A stretch of 64,000 nt of DNA from Mobula hypostoma (GCF_963921235.1 NC_086115.1:35278001-35342000); one strand, 5' to 3'. Positions 37,947-51,481 are shown, counted from the first letter of the stretch. Notes: generated by a model from the sequence alone, not told the origin. A program made the numbers and translations.

Positions 37947-38847
37947 TTAGCAGCTCTAATCTGCTACTTAAATTTGCAGACAACACTACACTGACTGGCC
38001 TAATCTCAAATAATAATGAGGCAGCCTACAGAGAAGTTATCACCCTGACACAGTGGTGTCAAGAAAACAATGTTGCAAAACTGTGGAGCTGGTTGTGGAC
38101 TACAGGAGTAATGGAGATAGGCTATCCCCTGTTGACATCAATGGATCTGGGGTTGAGAGGGTGATTAGCTTTAAGTTCCTCAGCATAAACATCACCGAGG
38201 ATATCACGTGGTTTGTACATATTGGCTGTGTGGTGAAAAAGGCACGACAGTGCCTCTTTTGCTTCAGATGGTTGAAGAAGTTTGGTATGGGCACCCAAAT
38301 CCTAAGAACTTTCTAAAGGGACACAATTAAGAGCATCCTGACTGGCTGCATCATTGCCTGGTATGGGGACTGTACTTTCCTCAATCACAGGACTCTGCAG
38401 AGAGTGGTGCAGACAGCTCAGCGCATCTGTAGATGTGAACTTCCCATGATTCAGGACACTTACAAAGACAGGTGTGTAAAAATGGCCCAAAGGATCATTG
38501 GGGACCCAAGTCATCCCAGCCACAAACTGTTCCAGCTGCTACCATCTGGGAAACAGTACTGTAGCATAACAGTCAGGACGAACAGGCTCCGGGGCAGCTT
38601 CTTCCACCAGACCGTCAGACTACTTGACTTATGCTGACACAACTGTATTTTTATGTTATATTGACTATTCTGTTGTACATACTATTTATTATAAATTACT
38701 ATAAATTGCGCATTGCACATTTGATAGAAACATGACGTAAAGATTTTTACTCATGTATATGAACTACTACTACTACGTCGGCTCAGGCCTAGGGGGCCGG
38801 CGTCGGGCAATTGTGTAAGGCAAGGCATGTATATGAAGGATATAAGT
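37947..38847 (+). mobile_element. Rex1/Babar-type 3' portion, inverted relative to 36693-37925
   Basis: KFADNTTL; KTVELVVDYR..SFKFL..KKARQCL; AATAAA then (TCAAT)n tail. Confidence 0.88.
38764..38825 (-). mobile_element. 62-bp retroposon 3' tip with (GTA)n tail
   Basis: 12-bp TSD CATGTATATGAA 38752-38763 / 38826-38837; a related tip at 30601-30624(+). Confidence 0.75.
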
Positions 38848-39160
38848 AATAAAGTCAATTCAATTCAAATAGGGGCTTACTTTATTCAATCTCTCATGTG
38901 ATAGTCCTGCCAGTTCAAAGTTCAAACAAGTTCAAAGTAAATTCATTATCAAACTATGTATATCATATACAAACTTGAGATCCATTTTCCTGCAGGCACC
39001 CACCAGAAAACAAATACAATGAAAGCCATGAAAAAAACACATAACAAAGACTGACAAATGTGCAAAAGAGGACAAATTGTGCAAATAATTTTAAAAAATG
39101 TAAATAAGTAATATTGAAAATGTTTGCTGCACAGTCCATAAAAGTGAGTCCACAGGCTGC

Positions 39161-39459
39161 AGAGCAACACACACAAGATGCTGGAAGATCTCAGCAAGTC
39201 GGGCAGTATCCATGGAAAAGATAGGCCGTCAGCGTTTTGTGCTGAGTCCCTTCATCAGGACTAGAAAGAAAGAGAAGTCAAAAGAGCACAATAGTGGACC
39301 TTTTCCTTTACAGTCCTGATGAAGGGTTTGGGCCAGAAAAGTCATCAGTTTACTCTTTTCCATGGATGCTACCTGACCTGCTGAGTTCTTCCAGCATTTT
39401 GTGTATGTGTGTGTTGCTTTGGATTTCCAGCATCTGCAGATCTTCTTGTGTTTGTGATA
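39161..39459. mobile_element. Older fold-back Penelope-terminus element with decayed hammerhead motifs, inside a Rex1-type 3'UTR (38913-39510, minus)
   Basis: Inverted arms; CAGTC-CTGATGA-AGGG..GAAA at 39311-39343; 11-bp TSD CCACAGGCTGC 39150-39160 / 39460-39470. Confidence 0.85.
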
Positions 39460-41289
39460 CCACAGGCTGCGCAGTCAGTTTAGTCTGAGGTGAGTGAAGT
39501 CAGTTCTAGAAACCAGCCTGTGGAATCTTTGCTGTATTCCTTTTATAATATGTGTCCCTTTTCCAGTAGGGAGAATTGTATATGATATTCCAAAGTCCTT
39601 GTAATTGTAGAAGCGTATCTATTCTTACAGTCAAACCCTCTAGCAATGAAAAAGAAATGTATCATTTGCCTTTCTGATTGCTTTTTGCTCTTGTGTCTTA
39701 GCTTTCAATGTCTTGTGTACAAGACACCGGGGTTCTTTTGTGCATCAACATTTTCCAATTCTCATCATATTTTAGCAAAATACTCAATATTTGTTTTTTT
39801 TCTTCTGAAGTGGATGTGTTCACATTTTACCATATTGACCTCCATATGCACGTCAGTTCCCACTCATCTCGTCTACGTAGGCTTGAAACCTTATTACATC
39901 CTTATCATGTTTCAGTAGGTTCCTTCAATCAAATCAGATTGGGAATAGTTGTGGCCCAATACTGATTTCTCCATTAATGACAACATCTAACCTGAGATGA
40001 ACCCTCTCTTATTCTGACCGCCAGTTTATATTTATTAACCAACTCTCAATCCATGCTAATTTATTAGCTCAATGCCATTACTTTAACCATGTAGTTAACT
40101 ATTGTGATCCTTTTTTTTTTTAAACCTTGTGAAATTCCAAAAGCACCATGTGCACATGCTCATCTTCTCTCCTAGATACATGATCAAACTCAATTATATT
40201 CTTATTTTTTGTTTTAAGGTCACATCTTTTGTTTTAGATTCCAACATTTTCTCTTCTAGTAATGCCAAATCAGTCATTCTATATTTTTTACTTTGTATGC
40301 TTTCTTTGTGTCTTTGCAAATATGCTTGGGCAGAAATTATAATCATAAATTCATTTTAGAAGTTCAACACAATCTAAAACTCCATTTGTGGCTATATTAT
40401 CGACTGGACTCGGTGCAAATTTTTAATGATAAAGGAATAAGAAGTTTGTCTTCAGTCTTGGTATTTCATCACTTTCAGTAATTAATACTTCATTGTTAGC
40501 ACATTAAATAGAACTTCCACCTGAAGCTTTCTTGGTTTTTATCAGAGATAATTTTAAATTGTTGATAAGTCAATAAATTTTTTATAGAAGTATTTACTTA
40601 TCATCCAAGTCCTTACTGATCTAGTGCCTTAATTTAAAAAATGGCTATCATTGATTTTGAATACTCTCTTTTTTTTAGTAATCTCTTCCATCCTTTTCTC
40701 ATCCTTGTGCTCTCTCAGTCCTGTTTTCCTTTATTCTACTATTGGTGGCGCCTTAACATGTCAAGGACTTAAGCTTTGGAATTCTCATTCATAACCTCTT
40801 TTGAGACTCTGCTTAATGCCTCCTTCTCTGCTGAAGCTTCTATTTATCTAGCCGTGTGTTGCATGGTGTCAGAATTGGTTTAATAGTTGCCCTAAGGAAA
40901 TAATAGTAAAATTCTATATTGACGCATGATGATATTGTTTCTGATTATCTGATTTTGGGTTGTTATGCTTCCTCATGCCAAGAGTGTGCCAAAGAATATC
41001 GTCAGGAAATATTTTTATTCCATCACTAATATTTGCTCTAAGTAGGTAAGTTCAATTTCTTTCATGCAGCAGTTTGGTGTTTGTGGGAATTTAGAATTAC
41101 GCAACTCTATTTTCTGACTGACAGCAAGATACAAGGGGATAATAATGCGTTGGGACTTCCCTGTGATTATACTATGATGTCTTTATAACCTCAAAGGAGA
41201 TCATTCCAGCAATTGTGTTGATCTGGCTCTCAGAGTATCCTATTCCGCACATTTCCCTTTAACTTTTCTTCTCTTGCATTCCCATCAAA

Positions 41290-41482
41290 GACCAAATTCT
41301 CCAAATATCTGTCTGTACTAGGGAAAATGTACAGTAGTCCATAAGCCTACTGACTAGCTTGTCTATTGTATGTGGAGGGAAATCTGCATGTCACAGGAAG
41401 AACCTGCAGATTCCATACACTGTCTGTCAAGATTGAACCCAGATTGCTGGACCTGAGGCAGTAGACTTCCTGGTGCATCACA
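41290..41482 (-). mobile_element. Decayed tRNA-headed V-SINE/HE1-like SINE (a similar remnant at ~49055-49190)
   Basis: Minus strand B-box-like GGGTTCAATC followed by tggaatctgcaggttctt..gtgac V-domain-like sequence. Confidence 0.55.
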
Positions 41483-42520
41483 GTAATATGTGGAGTTTTG
41501 TGGATCTTCGATGTATCCAGTAAAAGCACATTTAAGAAATGAAGCCATTTGAGCAGGGGATTATTGTGCTCAAGGAGCAGTTGGCATAACACTCTTCTCA
41601 CAACATCAGACAATAATGACTGGGGCTCAGTTGGTTTCCAAATTATATTCTACAGTATGTGATCACTAAAGAGCAAAGTGGTTTGAGATTCTAGAATAAT
41701 GTAAAAAGACAAGGGTTTGGGTCAGCAGAAGGAATTGACATCTCTTCATTGCTGGTAGATTTTACTCGCTTCACAGTATTTGCCTTCAGTGAAGTCTGGG
41801 GGCTACTGCAGAAAGAAAGAATATCCTGGTCAATGTTGGAACCTCTAATTTGAATAGATTGTAATCATAAGTCCTGTACAGGGAAATTGAGTTGAATTTA
41901 GATTGGGGAAAGAAGACATCTTTGGAATAATGATGTTCAGATTGTTGCTTGTGCCTTTGTACAAGCAGGTGGTGCAAGAAGGAAGGATTTGCATATTTGA
42001 GATTTTTGAGTGAGCTCTGAATGGAAACTGTACAAGGATGCATTTGCCATTTTGGTTTTGGTGAGGATCAGCCCCTTGATACAGGAAGTTGATAAAATGG
42101 TGAAGGAAGATTAAACTGACATGACTGGGAAAGTTCAGGTTCATAACCAGAGGAGAAAACAGATTAATTAAGTCACTGGAATAGAATAAAAGCAATTACC
42201 TGATAGAAAGAGGGAACGGAATGCAGAGTGTTAAAATGTAGAAAAGTCCAGAAAAATTTAAAAAAAACATAGTGTGGCTGATGGCATATTGGAGTGGATA
42301 GAAAAAAAGCTGGCTAACAGGAAGCAGGTTAGATATAAATGAGCTGTTGGTGGTGGCATAATTTAATGAGTTGTGTGCCTCAGTGCTGGGCCTCAACATC
42401 TTACAATTCATTTAAATGACTTGGATGAGTGCACCAAACATGTTTTTAAAATCTGCAGATGTTACAAAGATGGGTAGGAAAGCAAGCTGTGACAAGAATG
42501 TATGGAAGAATGGATAGAGA

Positions 42521-43078
42521 TGTGAAAGTCGAATCTGAATAAAACTCGGGAGACCAGCTTCTTATCGTCACCACAGTTTATTGCGCATTCTCCTGCAGGA
42601 GTTTGAGACCCAGTTGTCAAAGGGAAGGCACGTAAGCACTGCCACCCTCTGACAAGTGGGACTGACTTAGTCAGGTTACAGCTGTATATTTATACATAGT
42701 AAGCCCCATACATTACTATTGCAAGATGTTATTTGAACTGGTACGTCCAACAAGTCTGTTGGTGCAAAACTTAGTTACAGTTAAGAGAGTCCACTGAATC
42801 AAGGCTTAATTACAGATGGATTTGCTGTCCAGTCCTTATCAGTTATTCCCCTTGCTAGACCCTGACTTAATTACGGATGGATATTCATTCCTGGCCTTAT
42901 CGGTGAGTCCTTACTCAAACAAGGGTACAATATATTATTTATCAAATTCTCAATGTCTGTCTGCCAATTAAAAGGGAACCAGTATATGCTGGTTATTTTT
43001 TAACTGCTGAAGACAGAGTTTACTTCAGTTCAAAAAATTCCTGTTCAGTCCCAATTCTTCTTTTAGCCAGAGGTTACA
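42521..43078 (-). mobile_element. Probable solo LTR
   Basis: Minus strand runs TGTAAC..TTCACA; TATAAATATA (~42695-42704) then AATAAA (~42577-42582); ~60-bp spaced internal repeat cttaattac.gatgga..ccttatc; interrupts a CR1 remnant; no clean TSD. Confidence 0.6.
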
Positions 43079-43204
43079 TAAGTTCAAAATGATTTTGTAT
43101 ATATCTCCTCAATTCCTTAGAGCTATGGATACAATCCTGCGTTAAAAGTAATATATACGAACAGGAAGTATTAGGAAAATTAGTAAGATATTATTGCTGA
43201 TTGA

Positions 43205-43520
43205 TTAAGCTTACTTAATGCTCAAGGCAGCAACGAAGGTCCTCAATCTCTGTCTGTATGGAAGGATTCTTCATTGCTGTTTCTCCAACAATTGTTTTTC
43301 GATCAGTCAGGTTTGTTAGCACTGAACTGAACTCCTGAGCCTGGAGGACTGGTGGACCACTCTTAGCAGCCTGACCTCTACCCTTTGACCGGTTTGGCAT
43401 GGTGATCCTACCTAGAGCCGAAGCACAAGGTCCTGACTCCAGCCAATATAGCACCTCAGGCCGTTGAGGCACACAAGCCGCAAAACCCTATGACAAAGTT
43501 GTGGTCCTCTTGGAGGATTG
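43205..43520 (-). mobile_element. Probable non-autonomous RTE-derived element
   Basis: Minus strand ccatgccaaaccggtcaaagggtagagg head and cagacagag..cttcgttgctgcc..(TAAG) tail; recognised by pattern only. Confidence 0.5.
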
Positions 43521-45479
43521 ATTAAGCAATTGATGGTGAAAGTAGGAGGTAACGCTTCATTTATAAAGGGCATTGGTGCTATCTTCTCTGTAGTGTTGAT
43601 CTCCTTGGGTGGAAGCAGCATGGAAGTTTATTAAATTGATACCAGGAATGGGCAAGTTCTCTTATGAGGGAATGTTAGAACTGGATCATCGGAAGAATTA
43701 ATAATTACCAAGAGCAGATGTTGCTACAATGGGAATATATTTGGTTTGGATAGAACTGAGAAATGAATATTCTTGGCAGAAGTGGAAGGAGACTGACTCA
43801 AATGCAGCTTTTACAGTTTGCTTCACAACCCTAATCGCCACTAAAGTTCTCGATGAACAGTATCACTATCACAGAACTTGAGAACTCCTTGCAGTTGATG
43901 CTTGCACACTGCACCAGCTGATATAACCGGAAAAATTATAAATTGGCCGTTGTGGGTGATGACCCTGGTGGAGGAGGTATATAAGAATTTATTGTTGCAG
44001 ACCTTATCCTGGGGTTTATAGAGATCCGTACATTAGTCTCACCTAGGAAGAGAGTCTATAGAGGCTGATTGAAAAGGTAGATATAAAGGAGCTCTTTGAC
44101 TTTCTGCAGGCTCAGCTTTATGCTCAGACTCATGGCTGGATCGCTTTACCTGTCAAGAACAAAGCTCCTGTTGCACTTCTTAGTCTTAGGACCATTCTAG
44201 ACTATTGCAATTATCTTTACAACAAAATATTGTTGGCAGATTATCACACTTCTCTCTTTAGGGGATATAATTTCCTCTACTTCCGCCTCATCATCCACTT
44301 AAGGAAAAATATTTATGTAGATTTACCAGTAATGCTGGTATTACAAGTTTCAGGCTGTTATTGTATTCATTCAGACAGATGTTTGTACTCTCCTGTGAAT
44401 CACTAGGATTTCCAGCCACTCATTCTTCATGCTATGGTCCTAATAGTGGTGTATACAATTTAGAGAGCATATATAGGATGAGTATAACTACCTACCCTAT
44501 ATACATATGTCTCTCAAAATTGGCATTTTGCAATGGTAGGGTAAATAAAAACAAGAGGTCAGATCACTGTGCAGCCATGATACTGTAGACTGCCCTTCCT
44601 CAAAAAAGGATGTCAGTAAATGTTTCTTTGCCTTAAGGGGGAGGAAGGAATTTTAAAGGAGATCTGAGGGTTTATTTTTACACACACAATAGTTAGTATC
44701 TGGTGGAGGTGGTGAAGTCTGGTACAGCCACATTTAAAAGACATTTGGACAGTCACTTCAATAGACAAGGCATAGACAGATATAATCCTAATGTGTGCTT
44801 ATGGGGTGAGTGTAGATGAGTAAAAGTTTCAGCATGGATGTAGTGGTTTGAAGGACCAATTTTTGTGTAATATGACTTCATGATTCATTGGACCTTAAAT
44901 GAGATGATGGGTGAGATTAAATTAATCAATTGGTATCACTCTGTGTGTGTGCCCAATGAGAATTTCCTGCTACTTTTTAATCTGTTTATGGAATGATTTA
45001 GCAATTGGCAGTAATGAGCCTTTCTCCAATAGTAGTCAGCAAAAGGAGGAGAGGAAGACAGCAGAAGGATGCCTGCAGTAGATCCACATGATAGGAAGTG
45101 CAGAAGGGAAGTCCTATTTGGACATACAGTCAGGGGCTGTCTACAGTCCAGTGATTCTCACGACTTGTGCTGTAAGGTAGGCTCCAGCATAGAAACCTGC
45201 TGATACTGAGCTAACTTCCTCCAAGTAGTGCTGCAACAGGCAGTTGTTTATGTCCTAGTAAAAGTCCTGATATGTCCACTGCTTTCTTCCTTTCCTGTCT
45301 AGTAGGTATAAAATCATAATCTATTAAATTATATGTTTAAAACTACAGATTTGCTTATTTTAATAAAATCAGGGTTTATTTAACTGTTATATCACCTGTG
45401 TTCATTGACAAATTACTTAATAGGCATCATGACATAGATTACCCCTCCATAAAAAGCATATCAGTAACTGTTTCTTTGA

Positions 45480-46412
45480 CCTGTCATTCCTCTACGATGG
45501 TTCCCTTGTTACAAAGGATCAGAAATAACATTTCCTCGCTGACTACGCAGCTGCAGATCAAGGATGCTTGCTTAGCTCGTTGCTCTACTTTCTCTACACC
45601 CATGACTAGGTACACACAAGTGATCTATAGATTTTCCGACAACACAACTATTGTCAGCAGCACCTCATACAGTGACGAGGAGATGCACAGGAGTGAGATA
45701 GATTGGCTAGTTATGTGGTGTTGTAACACCAATCTTACACAACATCTGTAAGACCAAAGAATTGATTGTGGACTTTAGGAAAGGCAAGTCAAGGGAACAC
45801 ACTAGTCCTTATTGAGGGGTCAGCAGTATCAAGTTCCTGGGTATCAACATCTCTGAAGACCTATCCTAGGCCAACATATTGAAGGGTATATGTTGAGAAG
45901 ATTTATGTCATACTCAAGCAAATTTGCACGATTGTTCCATAGAGAGCATTTTAACTAATTGGAATGAAATCCACCTGGTACGGAGCGGCCTCTGCAAAGG
46001 ATTGGAAAAAGCTGTGGAGAATTGTAATCTCAGCAAACTCCATTATGGACATTAGCCTGCCCATCATTGAGGACATCTTCAAAAGGCAATGCCTCAAAAA
46101 GGTGGCATCTATCATTAAGGATTCCTAGCACCCAGAACATGTCCTCTTTATTACCATTAGAATGGAAGTACAGGAGCCAGAAGAGACACACACTCAACAT
46201 TTTAGGAATAGCTTCTTTCCCTCCACCATCTGATTTCTGGATGGACAATGAAACCATGAACTATTTTTGCTCCCTTTTGCACTGCTTATTTATCTTGTTT
46301 TATAGGTATTTCATTTTATAACTTAATAGTATATTTTATGTATTGCACTGTACTGCTGCTGCAAAACAAAAAAATTTCACGACATACAATAGTGATAATA
46401 GACCTGATTGTG
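45480..46412 (+). mobile_element. Rex1/Babar-type RT/3' end, decayed
   Basis: IYRFSDNTTIV..WLVMWC; KTKELIVDFRK-like nucleotides. Confidence 0.75.
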
Positions 46413-46589
46413 AAACTAGTTCATCTAAATTCGCAGCAATAAGGGCACATGTCACTGGTTGTAGTTGATCTCAGTCTCCAAGCATTTTCATGAAAACCAG
46501 CTATCTTAATTGAGCAGATTTTTATTTTTTTTCAATCATCTTTCATAGTTGGGATTGCAGTCAACTGACTATATATTTTGGGGTGAAAT

Positions 46590-47000
46590 TAGAATCAAGT
46601 TTATTATCACAGATATGTCATGAAATTTGTTGTGACAGCAGTACAGTGGAATACATAAAATATACAATAAATTACACTCAGATACCATATTTAAAAAAAT
46701 AGAGTAAAATGAGAGTGAAAATAGTGAGATAGTGTTCATGGGTTTACTGACCGTGCAGAACTCTGATGGAGGAGAAGAAGCTGTTCCTAAAATGTTGAGT
46801 ACATTGATGATGGTAATGAGAAGAGGGTATGTCCTGGGTGGTGAGGGTCCTTAATGAAGAATGCTACCTTTCTGACCTTGATGCTGGGGAGGCTAGTGAC
46901 CATAATGAAGCTGGCTGAGTTTACAATCCTCTACAGCTTTTTCTGATCTTGTGCAGTGGTCCCTGCATACAAGACAATGATGCAACCAAGTTTAGTAATA
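46590..47000 (-). mobile_element. Rex1/Babar-type 3' end, decayed
   Basis: Similar to 8606-9100. Confidence 0.7.
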
Positions 47001-49916
47001 AAGTGTTACCTAACAGTGTCTGTACTGTCAAATGTTTGTTAAGGGCTTTTGACATGCTGAGAAGTAATAGGGAAAATGCTGATCTACTCAATTTGAAACC
47101 GTTATTTCCAGAGGCAAGGTCAGAAGGCTGATTTAAAGTTCAAACTTTCTTTTCAGGTTTGCACCCAAGTCGCCGCCACAGGAGTATTGTGCATGAAGCT
47201 AGACAAGTGAAATGAAGCAGAACTTCATGTTTATCAAAGAAGTATTTGTTATTTTGGAGATAGGGACATCACTGACAATACAGTGAAGGGCTGTCCTCTA
47301 AGGATGATATAATATTGTGAGCAATGACTTGTGGATCACTCTTTTTGAAACTTTGTTCCTTGGCAGTATGTTGGTAAGGAACTTATTGAATAGGATGTTA
47401 ACTTCTGTGAAGTGGGTTTTCTTTCTGTGTATATAAAGGCAATGTCAACAGTGAGATAATTCCTCCATATCTAGTAATGAATGCCAAGGCTGAATTACTG
47501 CTATAAAATTGAATTATCAGAGTGTAAATCATGGATGCTTAGTCCAGACAAAAGCTCCATTGAGTAAAGAACTGAGGTCAAGGTTCAGTTTATAGGCATA
47601 TGGAAGCTTTCTGAGGTTTGGAAAACTTGATTTAAGGATGTCCAATGTTGAAAATTCTCTGGACTTTGCTCTCAGGTACCCTCAAATCCCTTTCACCAGG
47701 AAACAATACAGAGATTACCAATAGGGAAAGCAATTGCTTTTTCCAAACTTTCCTTCAAGCAAGATTAAACTTTATGACCCTCAAGCCCCCTCTTTAGTAC
47801 ATGCTTTCCTATAGTAAACTGTCAATAATTTTCTCACTTATTCGCAGATCAGCTCCCTCCCCACTATCACTTTACCAGGCTGCCTTCACCTACTGGTAAC
47901 AACTCTTTCACTGACCTTCCCTTGTCTGCTGTTGCAAGTCAGTCCCTAAGGGCTGTAGAGGCTCAAGATTTCACAATGCAATCTAGAGGGATAATTCATT
48001 TTGTGGGCAGATCTCAGGAACTTAACCCCTGTGTAACTAGAAGACCCTTGTATATGTATCTAGTGTGAATGAGGTCATCAGTCTTGAGCAACAGGAGGTG
48101 ATAATGGAAGAGGTCTGTGGAACCACCAGCTGCAGAGCTTCCATACAGATTAGATAATAGCTTTGCTCTTTACCACGACGAATGTAAATGCTCAGGCAAA
48201 TACTTCAGTGAAATGTGACTCTCTCTGGCTTCAAGGATGGATTCTACTGTTTTAGTTTACGATAAGGAACTACTGTACAATGCAGCTGGACTCCCTGTTG
48301 AGCTTAAGTATTATTTGGTTTTCATGGTTTGTTCTGTTTCATGTAGACTTGTTTCACAACAGCAATGGGGTATTCAATCGAACAAGAAAAATGAAAAGCT
48401 GTTTTCGTTCAGGCATACTTCTGAAACTGATAGCAGTTAAATAGACAATGGATAATTTACTTAAGTAACCTGTAGTGCTTCTCCTTTACACTTGCCTAGC
48501 ATTGACTGGCTACCATGCTGCCATTTTCCTTCTGTACTTATTACCCATGACACACAATTGAGCCCATTCCTGCAATAATTTCCCAGGACTCTTGATAATC
48601 TGCTCTCTGACTATTTGTAAGTCCCCTGTGGCAGTTGGCACACTGGGGCTGTTTGTAATTTCTATCGGGTAGCTCTTGCTACTCCCTGGACTACGTGCCC
48701 CCCCCCCCCCACTTCTTACCTGGAGGGTCCATGGTGTGTGCCCTTGCTTTTAACTTGCTTGGTTCTGTTAGTTGTACTCCCTTAAAATGCATCTGCTTCT
48801 AAGTCCTGTGCTTTGTTGAGTTTTACTAAGCTGACTGAAATGTTAATGACTTGAGACTGGAGATGTGTCTTGAAGTATTAATAAAATAATATCCAATAGT
48901 CCTGAAAATTTACTAGTCCAGCACCCCCAATGTCCCAAGTGTGCTTGATTAATGGAGCTTTATGGCTAACTTCCTCTTGAGTGGCCATCAGCTTCCACAA
49001 ATATTCCTGCCACCTACCTACACTAGCAGTAGATTTGCAGAAGTCATTTAACTTGTCAATCAGCACATCTTTGAGAAGAAGCTGGAGAACTGAACAGAAA
49101 CCCACACAGTGACCAGGAGAGCGTGCAAACTAGCCACAGCCAGGTCATCCTGTCTGGAAGGTTGAGGGCTTATTTGTTGCAATTGTAATTTGATAGAAGA
49201 AAAGCTCAAAATAGAGGCATCGTCCTGTGATAATTGTCTTACTTGGTAAATTTTGGGCTGTATACAAGTGTAAGGGTTGAAGGTGGGGTAGAATGATTCT
49301 GTGAGTGGCTCTTCCAACTCTTCAAACACCTACCTGTCCTTAATCCCCAAGCGTCCTCTCTTTCCCACGTTTCCCACGTGGGTTGTCAGTGTAAGTTCTG
49401 ACACCCTCCACCAGCCAGTCCATAATCCTAAGCCTTCCCCTGCCATGTGTATCCCGTCTACAATATACATCCCCACCAGATGTGCTGCTGATTCTAATTC
49501 ATATTTTCCTTCAACCAAACAACCCACACCTCACTTCCACCAACCAAATGTCCACTGGAGTACTTTAACATCATCGGTGGTCTCTGATTCCCAATCCTTA
49601 ACCTACAACCCAAGTTGTAGATCTCTCTAAATCCTTATATCCTCAACCCTAATTACTGATACCCCCACGTCCATTATATTCTGCCCCTCCCCCCTCCCCC
49701 CCCCCATTTCAACTGGTGGTCATTCACCTTGAACAAACATTGAAAACAGTAATTTTTAAACAATGAGTGATTGAAAAGGAGTTGATATTTGGAAACTGTT
49801 GAGTATTCTTGCAAAAATATGATTGAAAATGAACATATAGGTAGAACAAGAAATTAAGAAGGTAGGTTTTATATTGGATTTTATTACAGGAGGATTTGAA
49901 TGTATGAGTAATGATA

Positions 49917-51481
49917 CAGGTGTCCCCCGCTTTTCGAACATTCGCTTTACGAAACCTCGCTGTTACGAAAGACCTACATTAGTACCCTATTTTCACTCTC
50001 AGAAGGTGTTTTCACTGTTACGAAAAAAAAATTCAGCGCGCGATAAAAGGCAGCGCGCCCCGAGCAGCTGCTCTCCCCCGGACTCTCGCCGGCATTGCTT
50101 AAACACGAGCCTGTGAGCAGCCGTTTGCAAGATGAGTTCTATGGTATCGGAAAAGCCTGAAAGAGCTCGCAAAGGTTTTACACTTACAGTAAAACTAGAC
50201 ATAATTAAGCGTTTTGATCGTGGTGAATGAAGTAAGGACAACGTGAGTTTGGCTTGTGGAAGTTGACGAAGATGATGTTGAAGAGATTTTGTCATCCTGT
50301 CACCACGAACTGACAGATGAAGAGCTGATGCAATTGGAAGAAAAAAGGATAACAATCGAAACTGAATGAGTAATGATAAAATACGACTTTAATTTTGAAA
50401 AGGTACGTCGGTTTAGGGGATATTTGCAGGATGGTTCAAGTCCTTATTAAAGAACTGTGTGATAAAAAAATACGCGAGGCTCAGCAGTCAAGCAAGCCTT
50501 CCACATCAGCCACAGCAGACGACGAACCTCGACCTTCGACACTGAGGCGGGCAGTCATAGGAGAAGATGAGCTGCCTGCTCTAATGGAAACGGACGACGA
50601 GATGACACCCCATGTCCCACCACCCCAACCCCCAGGCCACAGACAGATACTGATTTGCGGAGAATGCAAAAGTAGCCGGGAGGCACACAGCACATCTTTA
50701 AGAAGAAAGCCGAAATAAACACGCTAATTAATTTGGTGCTGCCGACACGTAATTGTCGGCCCAGATCAGAGACAACGCAATCGGAAATCGGCACTGATCT
50801 GGGCCGACAATTACGGGCGGCACCTAATTAATTAGCATGTTTGTTTCTGCTTTTTTCTTAAAGATGTGCTGTGTGCCTCCCAGCTACCGCTGGACCCCTG
50901 CGTTCTTCGTGGCAGTGTATCACTCAGTGGCTTGAAGGGTGGGGGGCCAGTGCACCACCCAAACTCCGACGACTCAGTCTAACACACCATCATCAGTGTG
51001 CTCGGCAAGCTATCTTCCCGCTTCCCGTAAGTGATACTACACCGTACATACATTATTTCTACTGTATATAGGCTGTGTATTTTTACGTGTTATTTGGTAT
51101 GATTTGGCAGCTTCATAGTTTAAAGGTTACTGGAGAGTGCTTGCGCGTGTTTTTGCCAACAGCGCTTGCGTGAGGTTTTCTGCCGACGGCACTTGAGTGA
51201 GATTTTTGCTCCGGAGAACAGTTCAGTAGTGATTGTGGAAAAGTATTTCTACTTTATATGGGCTGCGTATTTATCATATCATTCCTGCTTTTACTATATA
51301 TTACTGTTATTTTAGGTTTTATGTGTTATTTGGCATGATTTGGTAGGTTATTTTTGGGTCTGCGAATGCTCACAATATTTTCCCATATAAATAAATGGTA
51401 ATTGCCTCTTCGCTTTACGACATTTCGGCTTACGAACCGTTTCATAGGAACGCTCTACCTTCCGATGGCGGGGGAAACCTG
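49917..51481 (+). mobile_element. Tigger/pogo-derived non-autonomous DNA transposon
   Basis: Imperfect TIR CAGGTGTCCCCCGC / GCGGGGGAAACCTG with TA on both sides; HTH-psq-like RKGFTLTVKLDIIKRFDRGE at ~50168-50227; acidic EVDEDDVEEIL remnant; inserted into a CR1 fragment. Confidence 0.88.
50672..50887. repeat. ~216-bp internal palindrome within the Tigger-like element
   Basis: ~95-bp inverted arms gtagccgggaggcacacagc..ggcccagatcag / ctgatctgggcc..gctgtgtgcctcccagctac. Confidence 0.9.
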
